Shown here piece by piece: positions 52,352 through 63,184 of a stretch of DNA of 64,000 nt. Every line of letters begins with the position of its first letter. The first letter of the stretch is position 1. Origin of the DNA: Bacillota bacterium. GTDB lineage: Bacteria > Bacillota > Bacilli > Paenibacillales > Paenibacillaceae. Location: assembly GCA_051750645.1 (NCBI GenBank), contig JBNJJW010000023.1:7921-71920 (forward strand), in the 5' to 3' direction. A program made the position numbers and the translations under genes. The notes under the pieces are model-generated. The model did not search any database and was not told the origin of the DNA. It saw only the letters and a program-made list of their open reading frames with translations.

Positions 52352-52870
52352 TCATATCGGCTGCCTCTTTGGGAGTTTCACTACGCTATAGTTTTTAATC
52401 GAACCAGCACTGTCGTAAAAGGCTTGGTAAGTATCCTCGTACTCTTTAACTGACCAATCACCAAAACCCATACCTTCAAATAAACTAAGCCTGTTATCTC
52501 GGATTATGCAAATACTATTATGATATGTAAGGGATAACCCATTTACGGTATTGCTTAATAAAAGCATAACCTTTGTTCCTTGTTTGGGAAAATCATAAGA
52601 TACTGTTCCTGGATGAAAACGAACATCCCGCTTTAAAACAATTTCCCTTTGCGTAATTCCGCCTTTTAGAACGGCTTCGACTGACAAAGTTATTTCCTTG
52701 TGTACAACTCGATTGTTATTTGCAGTAATTTGTTTTCTTACCTGTCCAAAAATGATGTAATCTGAACGATTTAACATATCCTGCGGTGGAATAATTGACA
52801 TTTTCGCACATACTGTTTGAGTTGAAAAGAATACACTTATCAATAAAAACATAATAAATACTTTCTTCAT
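52352..52870 (-). CDS. Exported hypothetical protein
   Basis: Signal peptide; 172-aa ORF. Confidence 0.75.
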   Translation of the reverse strand: MKKVFIMFLLISVFFSTQTVCAKMSIIPPQDMLNRSDYIIFGQVRKQITANNNRVVHKEITLSVEAVLKGGITQREIVLKRDVRFHPGTVSYDFPKQGTKVMLLLSNTVNGLSLTYHNSICIIRDNRLSLFEGMGFGDWSVKEYEDTYQAFYDSAGSIKNYSVVKLPKRQPI

Positions 52871-53053
52871 ATTTTTCCCCCAACCAACGTTTTCCTTATG
52901 ATTACCAATATCCGATTGTATCGCAAAACGATTATACGCAATGTTTTTATGTCATACCATCACGACACAAAAATAATGAGTTTTAAAAAATCCCCAATAA
53001 ATTGTCGGGATCTGTTCCGTTTATTTTTATGTCGCCTGACAACTAACCTCACA

Positions 53054-54298
53054 TTAAAGCTTCGGTGAATAAATTACCGGTGAATCGGCATTTTTCAGCC
53101 ATAGGCTTGCTTCACTTCCGTCAGGATTGGCAATCCAGATACTAGCGTCTTTATAATAATATTTTCGTCGTATCCAAATCATTTTATCGGCGGAACGGAT
53201 GTAATTGGGACTGTAATCAGCATATCCTTCCGGAGGGCCCGTAATTTGGCTTTGCTTACCCGAGACTGTGTCTATAACAAATAAAGTCGGAAGAGGATGC
53301 TTAGAAAAATCATTCGACCACTCCGATTCTTTAATACGGGAGACAAAGATCGTATTGTCATCCTTCCATGCGAAATCCAAGTCGGCATAGTTCTCGGGCG
53401 TGTAGGTTGTGAATGCAGGGAATTCCTTCGTTTTTAAATCTTTATCCTTAAATCCGAACACAAGTCTTCCTCCACCTGCAATATACGCTAAAATATCTTT
53501 CGACGGCGCCCATTTCGGAAGTCCGACGTCCAGAATGATCTCATCCAATACTTCAAACTGAAGGCCGTCCGCTGAGATCGCGCAAACCATATTGCTGTCC
53601 ATAGACCAAGATGCGGTCGGTGATACAACAAAAGAAAGCCAGCGGCCGCTCGGTGAGAAAGAAAAATTACTGGGATCGACTGCAATAATCTTTGAACGGT
53701 TACTTGATATCTCATTCGGAAGCCTAAAGAATTTGTCGACATTCTCCAAATACCCCGCCTCCGCCCAATTCTGTGGTAGAACCTTCCTATAAAGTGTCCC
53801 TCCCGTCCAACCTTCCGGCGTGAGATCGCCACTTTTTGATAAAATAAATCCGCTGCCGTCGGGAATCCAGATATATTCACCTACTCCAATTGCAGCGTTA
53901 TTGAATTGCTTGAAGTCGGAAATGTTGAGAACGGTACCGTCTTTATAGGCGAGAATTTCACCGCGGGGAGACCATTTCGGCAAATACCCTCCTTTATAGA
54001 TTTTTATCGTTTTCTTGGCGCTGACATCATAGATCTGAACGCTCTGCTGAGGCGGGTCCCCTCCCTCTTCTTCAACATAGGATAGTAACGTTCCATCAAC
54101 GGACCATTCCGGGCCCATCGCCTTCCCCGATTTCGACACCTGAATCTCCGTACCATTCACATATACCCACACGTTGCCGTCTCGCATAAAAGCAATTTTC
54201 GCTTGTACATTCCTCAAGCCATGTATTGAATTAACCGGATGAAATACCATGATAAAGATGGCAATCGCTATGACAAGTTTTCGAATAAACATAAGCAC
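53054..54298 (-). CDS. Secreted TolB-like (WD40/PD40) beta-propeller protein
   Basis: P.WS.DG, PKWSP.G, FSFSPSGRW, PKWAP repeats. Confidence 0.85.
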   Translation of the reverse strand: MLMFIRKLVIAIAIFIMVFHPVNSIHGLRNVQAKIAFMRDGNVWVYVNGTEIQVSKSGKAMGPEWSVDGTLLSYVEEEGGDPPQQSVQIYDVSAKKTIKIYKGGYLPKWSPRGEILAYKDGTVLNISDFKQFNNAAIGVGEYIWIPDGSGFILSKSGDLTPEGWTGGTLYRKVLPQNWAEAGYLENVDKFFRLPNEISSNRSKIIAVDPSNFSFSPSGRWLSFVVSPTASWSMDSNMVCAISADGLQFEVLDEIILDVGLPKWAPSKDILAYIAGGGRLVFGFKDKDLKTKEFPAFTTYTPENYADLDFAWKDDNTIFVSRIKESEWSNDFSKHPLPTLFVIDTVSGKQSQITGPPEGYADYSPNYIRSADKMIWIRRKYYYKDASIWIANPDGSEASLWLKNADSPVIYSPKL

Positions 54299-54630
54299 TC
54301 ACCTACTGGATATTTAGTTTCCATTATGAATGCCCTTAATTATGGAAAATTACTCTGTTTAATATACTCACATTTCCAATTGATGCAAGCAAAAAGAGGA
54401 GCTGCCGAAGCGTGCTCCTCCACTATCGTATCCATTTGCGTTCAATTCGGAGTTAAGCTAATCCAGAACGGCATAGTCAAAACTTTAATTACAATTATTA
54501 ATCGATTTCGTATTAGCTTACAAATCACTCCGTAACGGGCATCCGCATACAATACACCAGCAACGCAGATAGACGTTCGCCCTCATTATCATGTGTACAT
54601 GGTTACAACCAGTATAAGGAGTGAATCGAT

Positions 54631-55065
54631 ATGTCATTATTGCCTCCGTTTGGACCGCCGGGATCGCAGGGCGGCGGACTTCCGCCGTTTGGACCGCCGG
54701 GATCGCAGGGCGGCGGACTTCCGCCGTTCGGACCGCCTGGACCTCCTCCGCCTCCATTCGGACCACAACCGGGACCGCCCGGCCCGCCAATGCCGCCAGG
54801 ACCTTCCGGCTTTCAAGCGCCTACCGCGGCGCCACCGCAGTTCGTTCCCCCGCGGCCGCAGTTTACCGCATTCGCCGTCGATCCAGGGGGCATCCGAAGA
54901 TGCTTGTTCCGCAATACGTACATTTGGCTTAGCAATGGTAATCAGTTCTGGTATTTCCCTATCTTCGTAGGCAGAACTTCCATCGCCGGCTTTCAATGGA
55001 ACGGCTTTTTCTGGATGTATGCAGGGTACGACCTGAATCTCGTCGAATCGTTTACTTGCTTCTAA
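54631..55065 (+). CDS. Pro/Gly-rich protein with conserved aromatic C-terminal domain (probably spore-associated)
   Basis: AAGGAG RBS; PPFGPPG repeats; VDPGGIRRCLFRNTYIWL..G..FW; terminator at about 55131-55160. Confidence 0.8.
   Translation: MSLLPPFGPPGSQGGGLPPFGPPGSQGGGLPPFGPPGPPPPPFGPQPGPPGPPMPPGPSGFQAPTAAPPQFVPPRPQFTAFAVDPGGIRRCLFRNTYIWLSNGNQFWYFPIFVGRTSIAGFQWNGFFWMYAGYDLNLVESFTCF
54643..54738 (+). repeat. 39-bp coding tandem repeat (about 2.5 copies)
   Basis: CCTCCGTTTGGACCGCCGGGATCGCAGGGCGGCGGACTT (PPFGPPGSQGGGL). Confidence 0.9.
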
Positions 55066-55202
55066 CGGCTTCGCTTCATAACGGAAATAAACAAGACCAG
55101 CTCATTTATCAAGCTCGATAAACCGCTCCACAAAGGCCATCCATTGTTGGATGGCCTTTTTGAAGATATAGAATTTACATCCTGAAAATTCGTTTAGCAA
55201 AA

Positions 55203-55592
55203 TCATGCATGATCAATAAAAAACAATACGTTTCCATAGTGTTTTATAATCCTTTTATAATCCGTAGTTTTCTTCAAGACAATTACAGTTGGATAAGCAT
55301 TTACTTTGCGTTGTTTAAGTGCAGCTAATATTTCTTTCTGTTCGATGTAATAAAATTTGCCTTCTTCATACTGAATAAGAAGCGGTGGAAAAGCAACTGC
55401 CTGGTCATCTGCTTCATCTGCACAGTCTTCCGCTAGCTCTATTCCATCAAGTTTGATGAGACGCAAAGGAAACTTAACGACGCCAAAATATAGATGCTCT
55501 TCTTTCATAAAATCATGTAAAACTAGGAGCAACTTTTCGGGTAAGGAGCAGATAGAATTGAATCCATTCTTCGAGCATCCCGATATTCGCAT
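55203..55592 (-). CDS. Hypothetical protein or fragment
   Basis: AT-rich 129-aa ORF; no family recognised. Confidence 0.4.
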   Translation of the reverse strand: MRISGCSKNGFNSICSLPEKLLLVLHDFMKEEHLYFGVVKFPLRLIKLDGIELAEDCADEADDQAVAFPPLLIQYEEGKFYYIEQKEILAALKQRKVNAYPTVIVLKKTTDYKRIIKHYGNVLFFIDHA

Positions 55593-56100
55593 ATTTTACA
55601 GCTGATCGTACAGTTGGAACATAAGTGAATTCTCTGTTCCTTAATACGATACGGCGATAAAAATTACTTTATGGTGTCATGTTCATATATTTTGGTAGGC
55701 CGTCCCCGTTCGAAGTTATCCAAACCTATTTCCCTGAATCCATATTTCTCATTTGATATTTAACGCCTCCATATCAATTCATTTCTTCGTAAGCCTTTGG
55801 TTTTTATTCCAAAGGTTTTAACGATCAGCTTTTGAAAATAAGAATTAGACTAAGACTGTAGTTCCAATATCCTCAGGCGGTAACGCATTCATTCATTCCA
55901 AAGTTATTACTCAGCTTGATTACATACACTAGGTCCCCAATTGTCTCCTTAGTCTGTTTCGTTAGAACATGAGGAAAAGTTGTATCGTCGATAGAGGAAA
56001 TTACCGGAACTAACCTGCCAACATCCATTCCAAGATTTTATTCGTTATTCCGTATCTTTTTTAATTAATTATGTGTTTATATAGTGTTAGATTAAGCTAA

Positions 56101-57069
56101 ATGAGGGGAGTGTTTTTTTTGGATGAAGATATTTTAGAATCATTAGGAAGTCCATTGCGTGATTTACAAAAAAAATTTGGTTTATTGATCGAACCTCATC
56201 GTCCGGCACTATGGCGTTATTGCAGGATGGTGACCGGTTCTCCATGGGACGCTGAGGATCTTGTTCAAGAAACACTTATGAGAGCATATGCTACACTACC
56301 GAAACTCTGGCAGCCAGTAATCCCGAAAGCATTCTTATTTCGTATTGCCACTAATATATGGTTAAATCAGTGCCGGGGAGCAAGGCATGTATTGGATTAT
56401 TCCTTCGAGGAACATGATTTAAGAGAATTCGATCAGGATCCTTTTGAAGTCAGAGAAGCTATCGAAACCCTAGTCAGGTTCCTGCCGCCCCGGCAGATGG
56501 TTGTCGTATTACTTTGCGAAGTATTCGATTTTAAAGCCCATGAAACAGCGGATATGGTAGGAACTACGGAGGGAGCGATTAAAGCACTTTTGCACAGAGC
56601 ACGAAAAAAGCTTTATACGTTAAACCCCCGGATTGATTATAATGAGCCAGTAAAACTACCGCCGTTCGATAAAACCCAAGCAGCTTTAGTTGAAGCCTTT
56701 TTGGAGGCATTTAATCGACGAGATCCGGATGCAATCGCGAGGTTAATGGATAACCATGTAGTGAATGATATTGTCCATATTTCCGAGGAGCAGGGTAAAG
56801 AAATTGTGCGTAAGCATTCGCTTGAAGGTTGGGCAAAAGATCCAATGCCTATGTATGCTTACCTTAAAGTCATATGGAATAAACCGATTGTCGTGGTTAT
56901 GGCCAAGACCGAAACTGGAGAGGCGCTTTATAATCTAATCGGTCTTGAAATCGAAGAAGGCACCATTATTAAAGAGAAGAACTATTATTTCTGCCAAGAC
57001 TTGTTGATGACGGTAGCAAAAGAACTAAACGTAGCGGTCCATCTTAACGGGTATATGTATGAGGATTGA
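56101..57069 (+). CDS. ECF sigma factor with C-terminal SnoaL-like extension
   Basis: DAEDLVQET, AFLFRIATN, LPPRQ..V.LL, F..AFNRRD extension. Confidence 0.9.
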   Translation: MRGVFFLDEDILESLGSPLRDLQKKFGLLIEPHRPALWRYCRMVTGSPWDAEDLVQETLMRAYATLPKLWQPVIPKAFLFRIATNIWLNQCRGARHVLDYSFEEHDLREFDQDPFEVREAIETLVRFLPPRQMVVVLLCEVFDFKAHETADMVGTTEGAIKALLHRARKKLYTLNPRIDYNEPVKLPPFDKTQAALVEAFLEAFNRRDPDAIARLMDNHVVNDIVHISEEQGKEIVRKHSLEGWAKDPMPMYAYLKVIWNKPIVVVMAKTETGEALYNLIGLEIEEGTIIKEKNYYFCQDLLMTVAKELNVAVHLNGYMYED

Positions 57070-57155
57070 GTAGGGAGAGAACTATCTAGGAGTCGGCATG
57101 CTTGTAAAAACAGGTCACTTTATGGAAGCATCACTAGGTGACCTGTTTTCCACGT

Positions 57156-58883
57156 TCAGAGGACTGACAATAATTCTTTAAAAGAGCCATTGGCATTACG
57201 AAGTTGGGTTGCATTTCCTTCTTCAACGATCCGTCCGTTTTCCACGACGAGAATCTGATCTGCGTCCAAAATCCTTTCCAGTTTATGCGTGATCACAACC
57301 ACTTTCCGTGTTTTCGAAACTTCTGCGATGGCCTTATGAATTAGCCCTTCCGATGTCGAATCCAGAGCGGATGTCGCTTCATCTAGTACTAGTATCTTTG
57401 AATCACGGACTAAGGCCCGCGCTAACGCAATTCTCTGCTTTTGTCCGCCTGATAAATTGCCTCCGCCGTCAACTATCTTTGTGGAATAACCGTCTTTCAG
57501 TTCGGTGATGAACGGGTGCGCGTTAGCCTCAATCGCCGCCCGTATAATGTCCTCTCGACTGGCATGCAAATTGCCCAACCGAATATTTTCTTCGATTGTC
57601 CCTTCAAAGAGAAAAACCTTTTGCGGTACGTAAGATATCAACTCAAGCCATTGATATCCGTAATAATGTTCCCCATTGATCAGGATTTGTCCATCTGTTG
57701 GAACGTGTACGCCCATTATCAATTTTGCAATCGTTGATTTTCCACTGCCGCTCTTGCCAACAATTGCAGTGAAGCCGGTCCCTTCTAGATGGAAATTAAG
57801 CTTTTCAAGCACTAATCGATCTTCATCAGGAAATTGAAAACTAACATGCTCGAAAGAGAGAGCGAACGGCGCCTGCTTCCCGTGTGACGGCAGGCCTGGC
57901 TCATTGCCTTGCTTCTCGGATTGACCGAACAATTCAGACAATCTCCTGAAGCCAGCCAAAGAGGCTTGTAGTTGTGCTATCGTTCCGCCAATCTGCGAGA
58001 AAGACGACGAAACACTTATGCTTAATTGTACCAATGCCGTCAAAGTCCCGAGGCCAATCATGCCGTTTGATAGCATAAACGCTCCTACGGCAAATGCCCC
58101 GCCGAAGTTAAAGAAGGCAATCAGGTAGTTTACACTTTCCAACTTGGCTACCCTGTCGCCACGCGTGTTCTCCAGTTGCACTAATCCATCATTTACACGA
58201 TTGAATCTCTTAGTAATGACGGCATGGATATTCAGCATTTTAATCACCGTAATACCAGCGAGCACGTCCAACAGTCGGGCCGTTCTAACTCCTAGTCTTC
58301 TTTGAATGATATCGCTGACGGAGCGAAGTGGTTTAGAAAATAGGCTGACCAAGATAGCGGAGAAAAACCCTACACCTACTAAAAACAAGCCGATTTTCCA
58401 ATCGAGATACATCATGGAAAATATTGAACCAAGACTAATGATAATGTGGAACAGAATATTTTTAATTTGTGAATCGAATATCGACTTAATCGTACGAACG
58501 TCATTATTAAAGAGGGAGACCAGATACCCGCTATGATTGCTCTCAAAAAAGCTCAGCGGCAAACGATTAATCTTTTTAAATACAGCCAGCATAATAGCGT
58601 TCATTATTTTTTTCACAGCCATTTGATACACATAGTAGAAAATCGGTGAAGCGGTCACCAATAGAACGATTGGTATCAGAAAGAATAGAGCGCTTTTAAT
58701 CAACAAATCACCATTCAGCTTAGTGGACGCATCGAATAAATATTTCCAAGCGAAAGCTTGCATTACGATCAAGCTTGCGTGCACAGCACAATCACCGACC
58801 ACCCCGATACCATAAGCGAATAGTTGAGGTCTGATGAACTTCCATAGATGATTTTTCGGTTTAATAAATACCACCTCTTCCAT
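57156..58883 (-). CDS. ABC exporter, fused permease/ATPase (subunit 2)
   Basis: GKSGSGKST, LSGGQKQRIALAR, LDEATSALD. Confidence 0.95.
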   Translation of the reverse strand: MEEVVFIKPKNHLWKFIRPQLFAYGIGVVGDCAVHASLIVMQAFAWKYLFDASTKLNGDLLIKSALFFLIPIVLLVTASPIFYYVYQMAVKKIMNAIMLAVFKKINRLPLSFFESNHSGYLVSLFNNDVRTIKSIFDSQIKNILFHIIISLGSIFSMMYLDWKIGLFLVGVGFFSAILVSLFSKPLRSVSDIIQRRLGVRTARLLDVLAGITVIKMLNIHAVITKRFNRVNDGLVQLENTRGDRVAKLESVNYLIAFFNFGGAFAVGAFMLSNGMIGLGTLTALVQLSISVSSSFSQIGGTIAQLQASLAGFRRLSELFGQSEKQGNEPGLPSHGKQAPFALSFEHVSFQFPDEDRLVLEKLNFHLEGTGFTAIVGKSGSGKSTIAKLIMGVHVPTDGQILINGEHYYGYQWLELISYVPQKVFLFEGTIEENIRLGNLHASREDIIRAAIEANAHPFITELKDGYSTKIVDGGGNLSGGQKQRIALARALVRDSKILVLDEATSALDSTSEGLIHKAIAEVSKTRKVVVITHKLERILDADQILVVENGRIVEEGNATQLRNANGSFKELLSVL

Positions 58884-60602
58884 TCAGGTGAAGGAACCAT
58901 ATAACTGGCTGTACAATCCGCAGTTATTTAGTAATTGTTCATGTGTCCCTCGCGATACAATGGTGCCTTTATCCATAACCACAATTTCGTCCGCCTTAGT
59001 GATTGTAGGCAGTCTGTGGGCCACGACTATGATCGTACGATGCCCCTTCAACTCAGCGATAGAATTTTGAAAATACTCTTCAGAAATCTTATCCAGCGCC
59101 GAAGTAGGTTCATCCATGATTACGATTTGTGAATCCTTTATCAGCGCCCGGGCCAAGCCTAATCGTTGCTTTTGCCCGCCGGACAGGTTTCCGCCATTCT
59201 CAGATACCTTTGTGTCAAACCCGGATTTGAGTTCTCTGATAAATTCGGTGGCATATGCAGCCTCAGCCGCAGCCGCAATGTCCGTTTTGCCTGAACGCAT
59301 TTGGCCATATTGAATATTTTTGGAAATCGTTACAGGAAATAAATGCGTATCCTGCGATACGTACGAGATCTGCTCCCTGATCAATGGATAGCTTTCGCGG
59401 TTGAATTCCCGACCAAGAACACTCACCGTCCCTTCAATAGGTTCGTAAAGACCGCACATCAATTTGGCAAGAGTACTTTTTCCGCAGCCGCTCGGCCCTA
59501 CTATTGCAACCATTTTGTTCTTCTCGATTTGTAACTGAAAATCTTGAAGCACCGGCTTCCCGTCATCATACTGAAACGTCACGCGCTCTAAAGCAACGGC
59601 GCAGGAATCAGGTAGGTCGTAAGTGCCTGGAGACTGGTGGCTCCACTCTTCCGGAACATCGAGCAGTGCAAATACTCGGCCGAATGCCGCTGATGCCTGT
59701 CTTAGGCTAGAAAGCAGCCACGGTATCGTTACAGGGGGACGGACCAAGTATTTCAGTAAATAAATGAAGACCAGCAGCTGACCCGGGGTTAGTTCTTGAC
59801 GAAGGGTTAAATACCCGCCGTACAAAATGGTTATGGCATAGGGAACAGCTTGTAAAACCATTCCTATACCCGGTAAAATGGAGCGGCGCCTTTCAATTTT
59901 TAGGTATAAATCGAGCGATTCCGTTAAACGCTCTCGAAACGCTTCGGTCATATGACTATTGAGGTTGTAGGCATGGATAACCTCGATCCCGTCAACCGTT
60001 TGCTTGACCGATGCGCTAATCTCACCCATATTCTGTTGGTATCTCTCCGTTGTAGTGCCGATATTTTTACTTATATAATTCGCTGCATACATGAACGTTG
60101 GAATAACGATCACGTTAACCAGGAGCATCTGCCAGTTGACGAATAACAGATAGACAAATGCCGCGACAAATACAAGTGGTTGATATAGCAAGTTGCTCAG
60201 ACCGTTTTTCATGAAGTCTTCCACTAGTCCAACGTCATTTGACAGCTTCGAAGCAATTTCCCCGGATTTTTGTTTTTCCGTATAGACTAAAGGTAGCTTT
60301 GAAATTTTTCCCACTACAACCTTCCTTATGTCTCTAATTGTGGAGGTTGTAAGACGAGTGGCCCCATAGCTGGTGATATAGGTTGTCATGCCCCCAATAA
60401 GTACTGCTCCGACAAGCGCAATAACAATACTGAAAAGCGAGCTTTTATCCAATGCTAGGGCACCATCAATCATCCGATTCGTCAATTCGCCAACTATTAT
60501 CTCAATTAGCACAGAAAGAACCAACGAAATCACAGTGAGGAGAAGCCACTTATAATTCGGTCTAATATAGACGAAAATTGCCTTCAAAAACTTTTTATTC
60601 AC
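58884..60602 (-). CDS. ABC exporter, fused permease/ATPase (subunit 1)
   Basis: GPSGCGKST, LSGGQKQR, MDEPTSALD. Confidence 0.95.
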   Translation of the reverse strand: MNKKFLKAIFVYIRPNYKWLLLTVISLVLSVLIEIIVGELTNRMIDGALALDKSSLFSIVIALVGAVLIGGMTTYITSYGATRLTTSTIRDIRKVVVGKISKLPLVYTEKQKSGEIASKLSNDVGLVEDFMKNGLSNLLYQPLVFVAAFVYLLFVNWQMLLVNVIVIPTFMYAANYISKNIGTTTERYQQNMGEISASVKQTVDGIEVIHAYNLNSHMTEAFRERLTESLDLYLKIERRRSILPGIGMVLQAVPYAITILYGGYLTLRQELTPGQLLVFIYLLKYLVRPPVTIPWLLSSLRQASAAFGRVFALLDVPEEWSHQSPGTYDLPDSCAVALERVTFQYDDGKPVLQDFQLQIEKNKMVAIVGPSGCGKSTLAKLMCGLYEPIEGTVSVLGREFNRESYPLIREQISYVSQDTHLFPVTISKNIQYGQMRSGKTDIAAAAEAAYATEFIRELKSGFDTKVSENGGNLSGGQKQRLGLARALIKDSQIVIMDEPTSALDKISEEYFQNSIAELKGHRTIIVVAHRLPTITKADEIVVMDKGTIVSRGTHEQLLNNCGLYSQLYGSFT

Positions 60603-60933
60603 CAGGATATATTCCCTCCCCTAATGTGTGAGCCCCAAAATGGTGGCTTACTCTTTTCGAGATCGCGGTCAACGGACATCCTTTTTGGCATGTGGGAGGC
60701 TAGGCTTTTTTCTTGCGTGAACTTCAATAACAGGTATAACTCCTTTTCTTATCCGTCAGTTCTAAGTTATCAACCATTTGAAACACCTCCAAATAATTTG
60801 TGAATTTCAAGATAACAGTATCATGAATTTATTATAACAGCAACAATAAAATTATATTTAATACTGTATTATAAATGTTTTTTGTCACTGTTACAGGTTA
60901 ATAAAAACAATATAACAGACTTTATAGACATAA

Positions 60934-61028
60934 TAAAACTATCTGCCCGTTAGCGTGGAAAAGGCAGCCGATTTATGCCGGCTGCCTCATTGTGGTCTGT
61001 TTTAAGTTAAAGTTTTCCGTTACTTCAA
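60934..61028. repeat. Complete paired-site element with hairpin
   Basis: AACTATCTGCCCGTTAGCGTGGAAAAGGCAGCCG..CGGCTGCCT..TTAAGTTAAAGTTTTCCGTTACTTCAA. Confidence 0.82.
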
Positions 61029-61264
61029 TAACGATGAACACTTCTTTTATAACTCTGACCTAATTAACTGAATATATCTTTCGGTATCAAAAATTCTGTG
61101 AGTTAGAAACTTTCCGTTCAGTATTATATTAAACGTACCATAAGGGGAAGGTGCTTCTTGTGCTTGTTTTGAAGTTTCAATTTTTCTGTTGATGTAATGT
61201 GGAATGTATCTATCCAATCTTTAAGTTCTCTCGATAAATCTGTTTCACCAATTTGCAAAGACTA

Positions 61265-61290
61265 CCTAACTCTCGTTCCCGTTATAAAAG
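61265..61290. repeat. Solo recombination-like site just after the oxidoreductase stop
   Basis: CCTAACTC-TCGTTCCCGT-TATAAAAG. Confidence 0.55.
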
Positions 61291-61300
61291 GCTCATAGTA

Positions 61301-62284
61301 TCAACCTTGCCGAACGGTTAAAACCACGTTGCCTTTCTTATGGCCCTGCTCTGCATAGCGGTGAGCTTCCGCGGCTTGCTCCAGCGGATAACGACGGTCG
61401 ATGACCGAACGCAGCGTGCCGGCCTCGATCAGTTCCTTCAAATAGATCAAGTCTTCAGCGTTTTCCTTCATTGTTCCGCCGACCACCTTCTTGTCGCTCG
61501 TCAAGCTGATCCATAACCCGCGAACGATTAGCGAAGGGCTCACATGGAACGCTCGCAGGTAGAAGCCGTTCGTTGTGAGACGCTTGACGCAAACCTTGAA
61601 TGGACTCTTACCCACCGTATCGAAAATGATATCGTAGGCCGGACCATCATCCGCGAACTGCTCTTTCGTATAATCGATGACTCGGTCGGCACCCAGCGAT
61701 CTCACCAACTCCACATTCGACGTGCTGCATACTCCGGTCACTTCCACACCGAAATGCTTTGCTAACTGAACTGCATAAGTCCCAACGCTGCCTGAAGCAC
61801 CATAGATGAGAACACGCATGCCGTGCTGGATGTTGCCCTTCCGGAGAAATTGCAAGGCAGTATAGGCGCCGACCGGAACCGCAGCCGCCTCCTCAAACGT
61901 CATGTTCTCCGGCTTAAGCGCAACACCGCCGGTCTCGGGCAGGCATTTGTATTCGGCATACGCACCGAAACCGGTTCCACAAGCGGCATAGATGGCATCC
62001 CCGGGCTTGAATCGAGTAACGCCGCTGCCCGTCGATTCGACCACGCCGGCCAGTTCGAATCCGAGAATCGTGACGCGTTTCGGTCTCCACAAACCGTTGA
62101 ACAGCCGCGCCAGGAAAGGATCTGCCTTCCGTAAGCGCCAATCCCCCGCTGCAGCGGTTGCAGCATAGACCTTAATCAATATCTCGTCGTCTTTAGGTAC
62201 CGGCTTGGCGACCTCCCGCAGCTGTAATACATCCGGCGGCCCGTACCGCTCGTATACGATCGCTTTCATCTCTTGCTCCTCCAT
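61301..62284 (-). CDS. NAD(P)-dependent alcohol dehydrogenase / quinone oxidoreductase-like (MDR)
   Basis: [31 protein letters not shown]. Confidence 0.93.
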   Translation of the reverse strand: MEEQEMKAIVYERYGPPDVLQLREVAKPVPKDDEILIKVYAATAAAGDWRLRKADPFLARLFNGLWRPKRVTILGFELAGVVESTGSGVTRFKPGDAIYAACGTGFGAYAEYKCLPETGGVALKPENMTFEEAAAVPVGAYTALQFLRKGNIQHGMRVLIYGASGSVGTYAVQLAKHFGVEVTGVCSTSNVELVRSLGADRVIDYTKEQFADDGPAYDIIFDTVGKSPFKVCVKRLTTNGFYLRAFHVSPSLIVRGLWISLTSDKKVVGGTMKENAEDLIYLKELIEAGTLRSVIDRRYPLEQAAEAHRYAEQGHKKGNVVLTVRQG

Positions 62285-62416
62285 TCACTTTCCTAATTTC
62301 ACTCCTGTGTACACTCTACAGCAAAAACATCGCTACAACCGTCGTTACCGCGAGCCCAACCATCTGCTTTAGCGGGTGAAGCGCCGCTTGTTACTTCATG
62401 CAGTTTTCAGCGAACC

Positions 62417-63184
62417 TTACTGGGCTCCGGTTTTGCGGAGCTGGGCGCTTCCTATCCCAGATAATGGTGTCAAGGCTTTCTCTTGCCGTTCAGACCAGAG
62501 TGCATATCCCAGCCAAGCCAGAGCTAACCCCATCGGCACCGCCAAAATCCGATCGAGCGGGTGCGGGAACAGCGAAGACGCGAGGGTCGACACGGCAGCA
62601 AAAGCAAGCAGAGCGGCCGCCCGGCGCGGCAGGATACCGGCGCGGAGCGTAGCGATGCCAAGTAGCAGGCCGCCAAGAATATACAGTCCCCCTGCTAGCG
62701 GCGCTGCCGCTGGAAGGGCTCCGAGGTTAACCTCGCTGGCGGACCCACTGAAGATCCCCAAGAAGCCTTCCGTAAACTTCGGTGCGTCGGTCGCCAATAT
62801 CGGCAAGATAAAAGCTTCGACGAATGTAAAAGCCGTCGTGGCTACCCAAAACAGGCTAAACATAAGAAAGCCGGCCAGACCAAGCCAACCGGCCTCTTGC
62901 ACTTGCCTGGCGTAGATCCCCGCAATACCGAGCAGGCCAAAAAGGGACATGGCGATGGTCAAGTAGTGGATGATTGCCCATGCGCCGGTGGTGACTGAAG
63001 AAAGATTTTCAGGTGGATGGATCGGCTGAATGACTATAAAAAGGATCCCTGCCAACATAGCTGCTAAACCTGCCCAACGGATGAGATTCAAGGCTGTTAT
63101 CCTCATTTTTCTCTCCTTATTGTTCCCTTTAATGACTGCGGTCTGGTGATTGGTGTTCATGTATTTGTCTCCTTTTTCGAACAA
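62417..63184 (-). CDS. Multi-pass membrane protein of unknown function
   Basis: LIRWAGLAAMLAG...IQPIHP; several TM helices; true start probably MRITA. Confidence 0.8.
   Translation of the reverse strand: MFEKGDKYMNTNHQTAVIKGNNKERKMRITALNLIRWAGLAAMLAGILFIVIQPIHPPENLSSVTTGAWAIIHYLTIAMSLFGLLGIAGIYARQVQEAGWLGLAGFLMFSLFWVATTAFTFVEAFILPILATDAPKFTEGFLGIFSGSASEVNLGALPAAAPLAGGLYILGGLLLGIATLRAGILPRRAAALLAFAAVSTLASSLFPHPLDRILAVPMGLALAWLGYALWSERQEKALTPLSGIGSAQLRKTGAQ

Noticed and set aside
54518-54996. Arg-rich and alternative-frame ORFs over the Pro/Gly repeat
   Set aside because: Artefacts of the GC-rich tandem repeat; only 54631-55065 has an RBS and a conserved-looking domain
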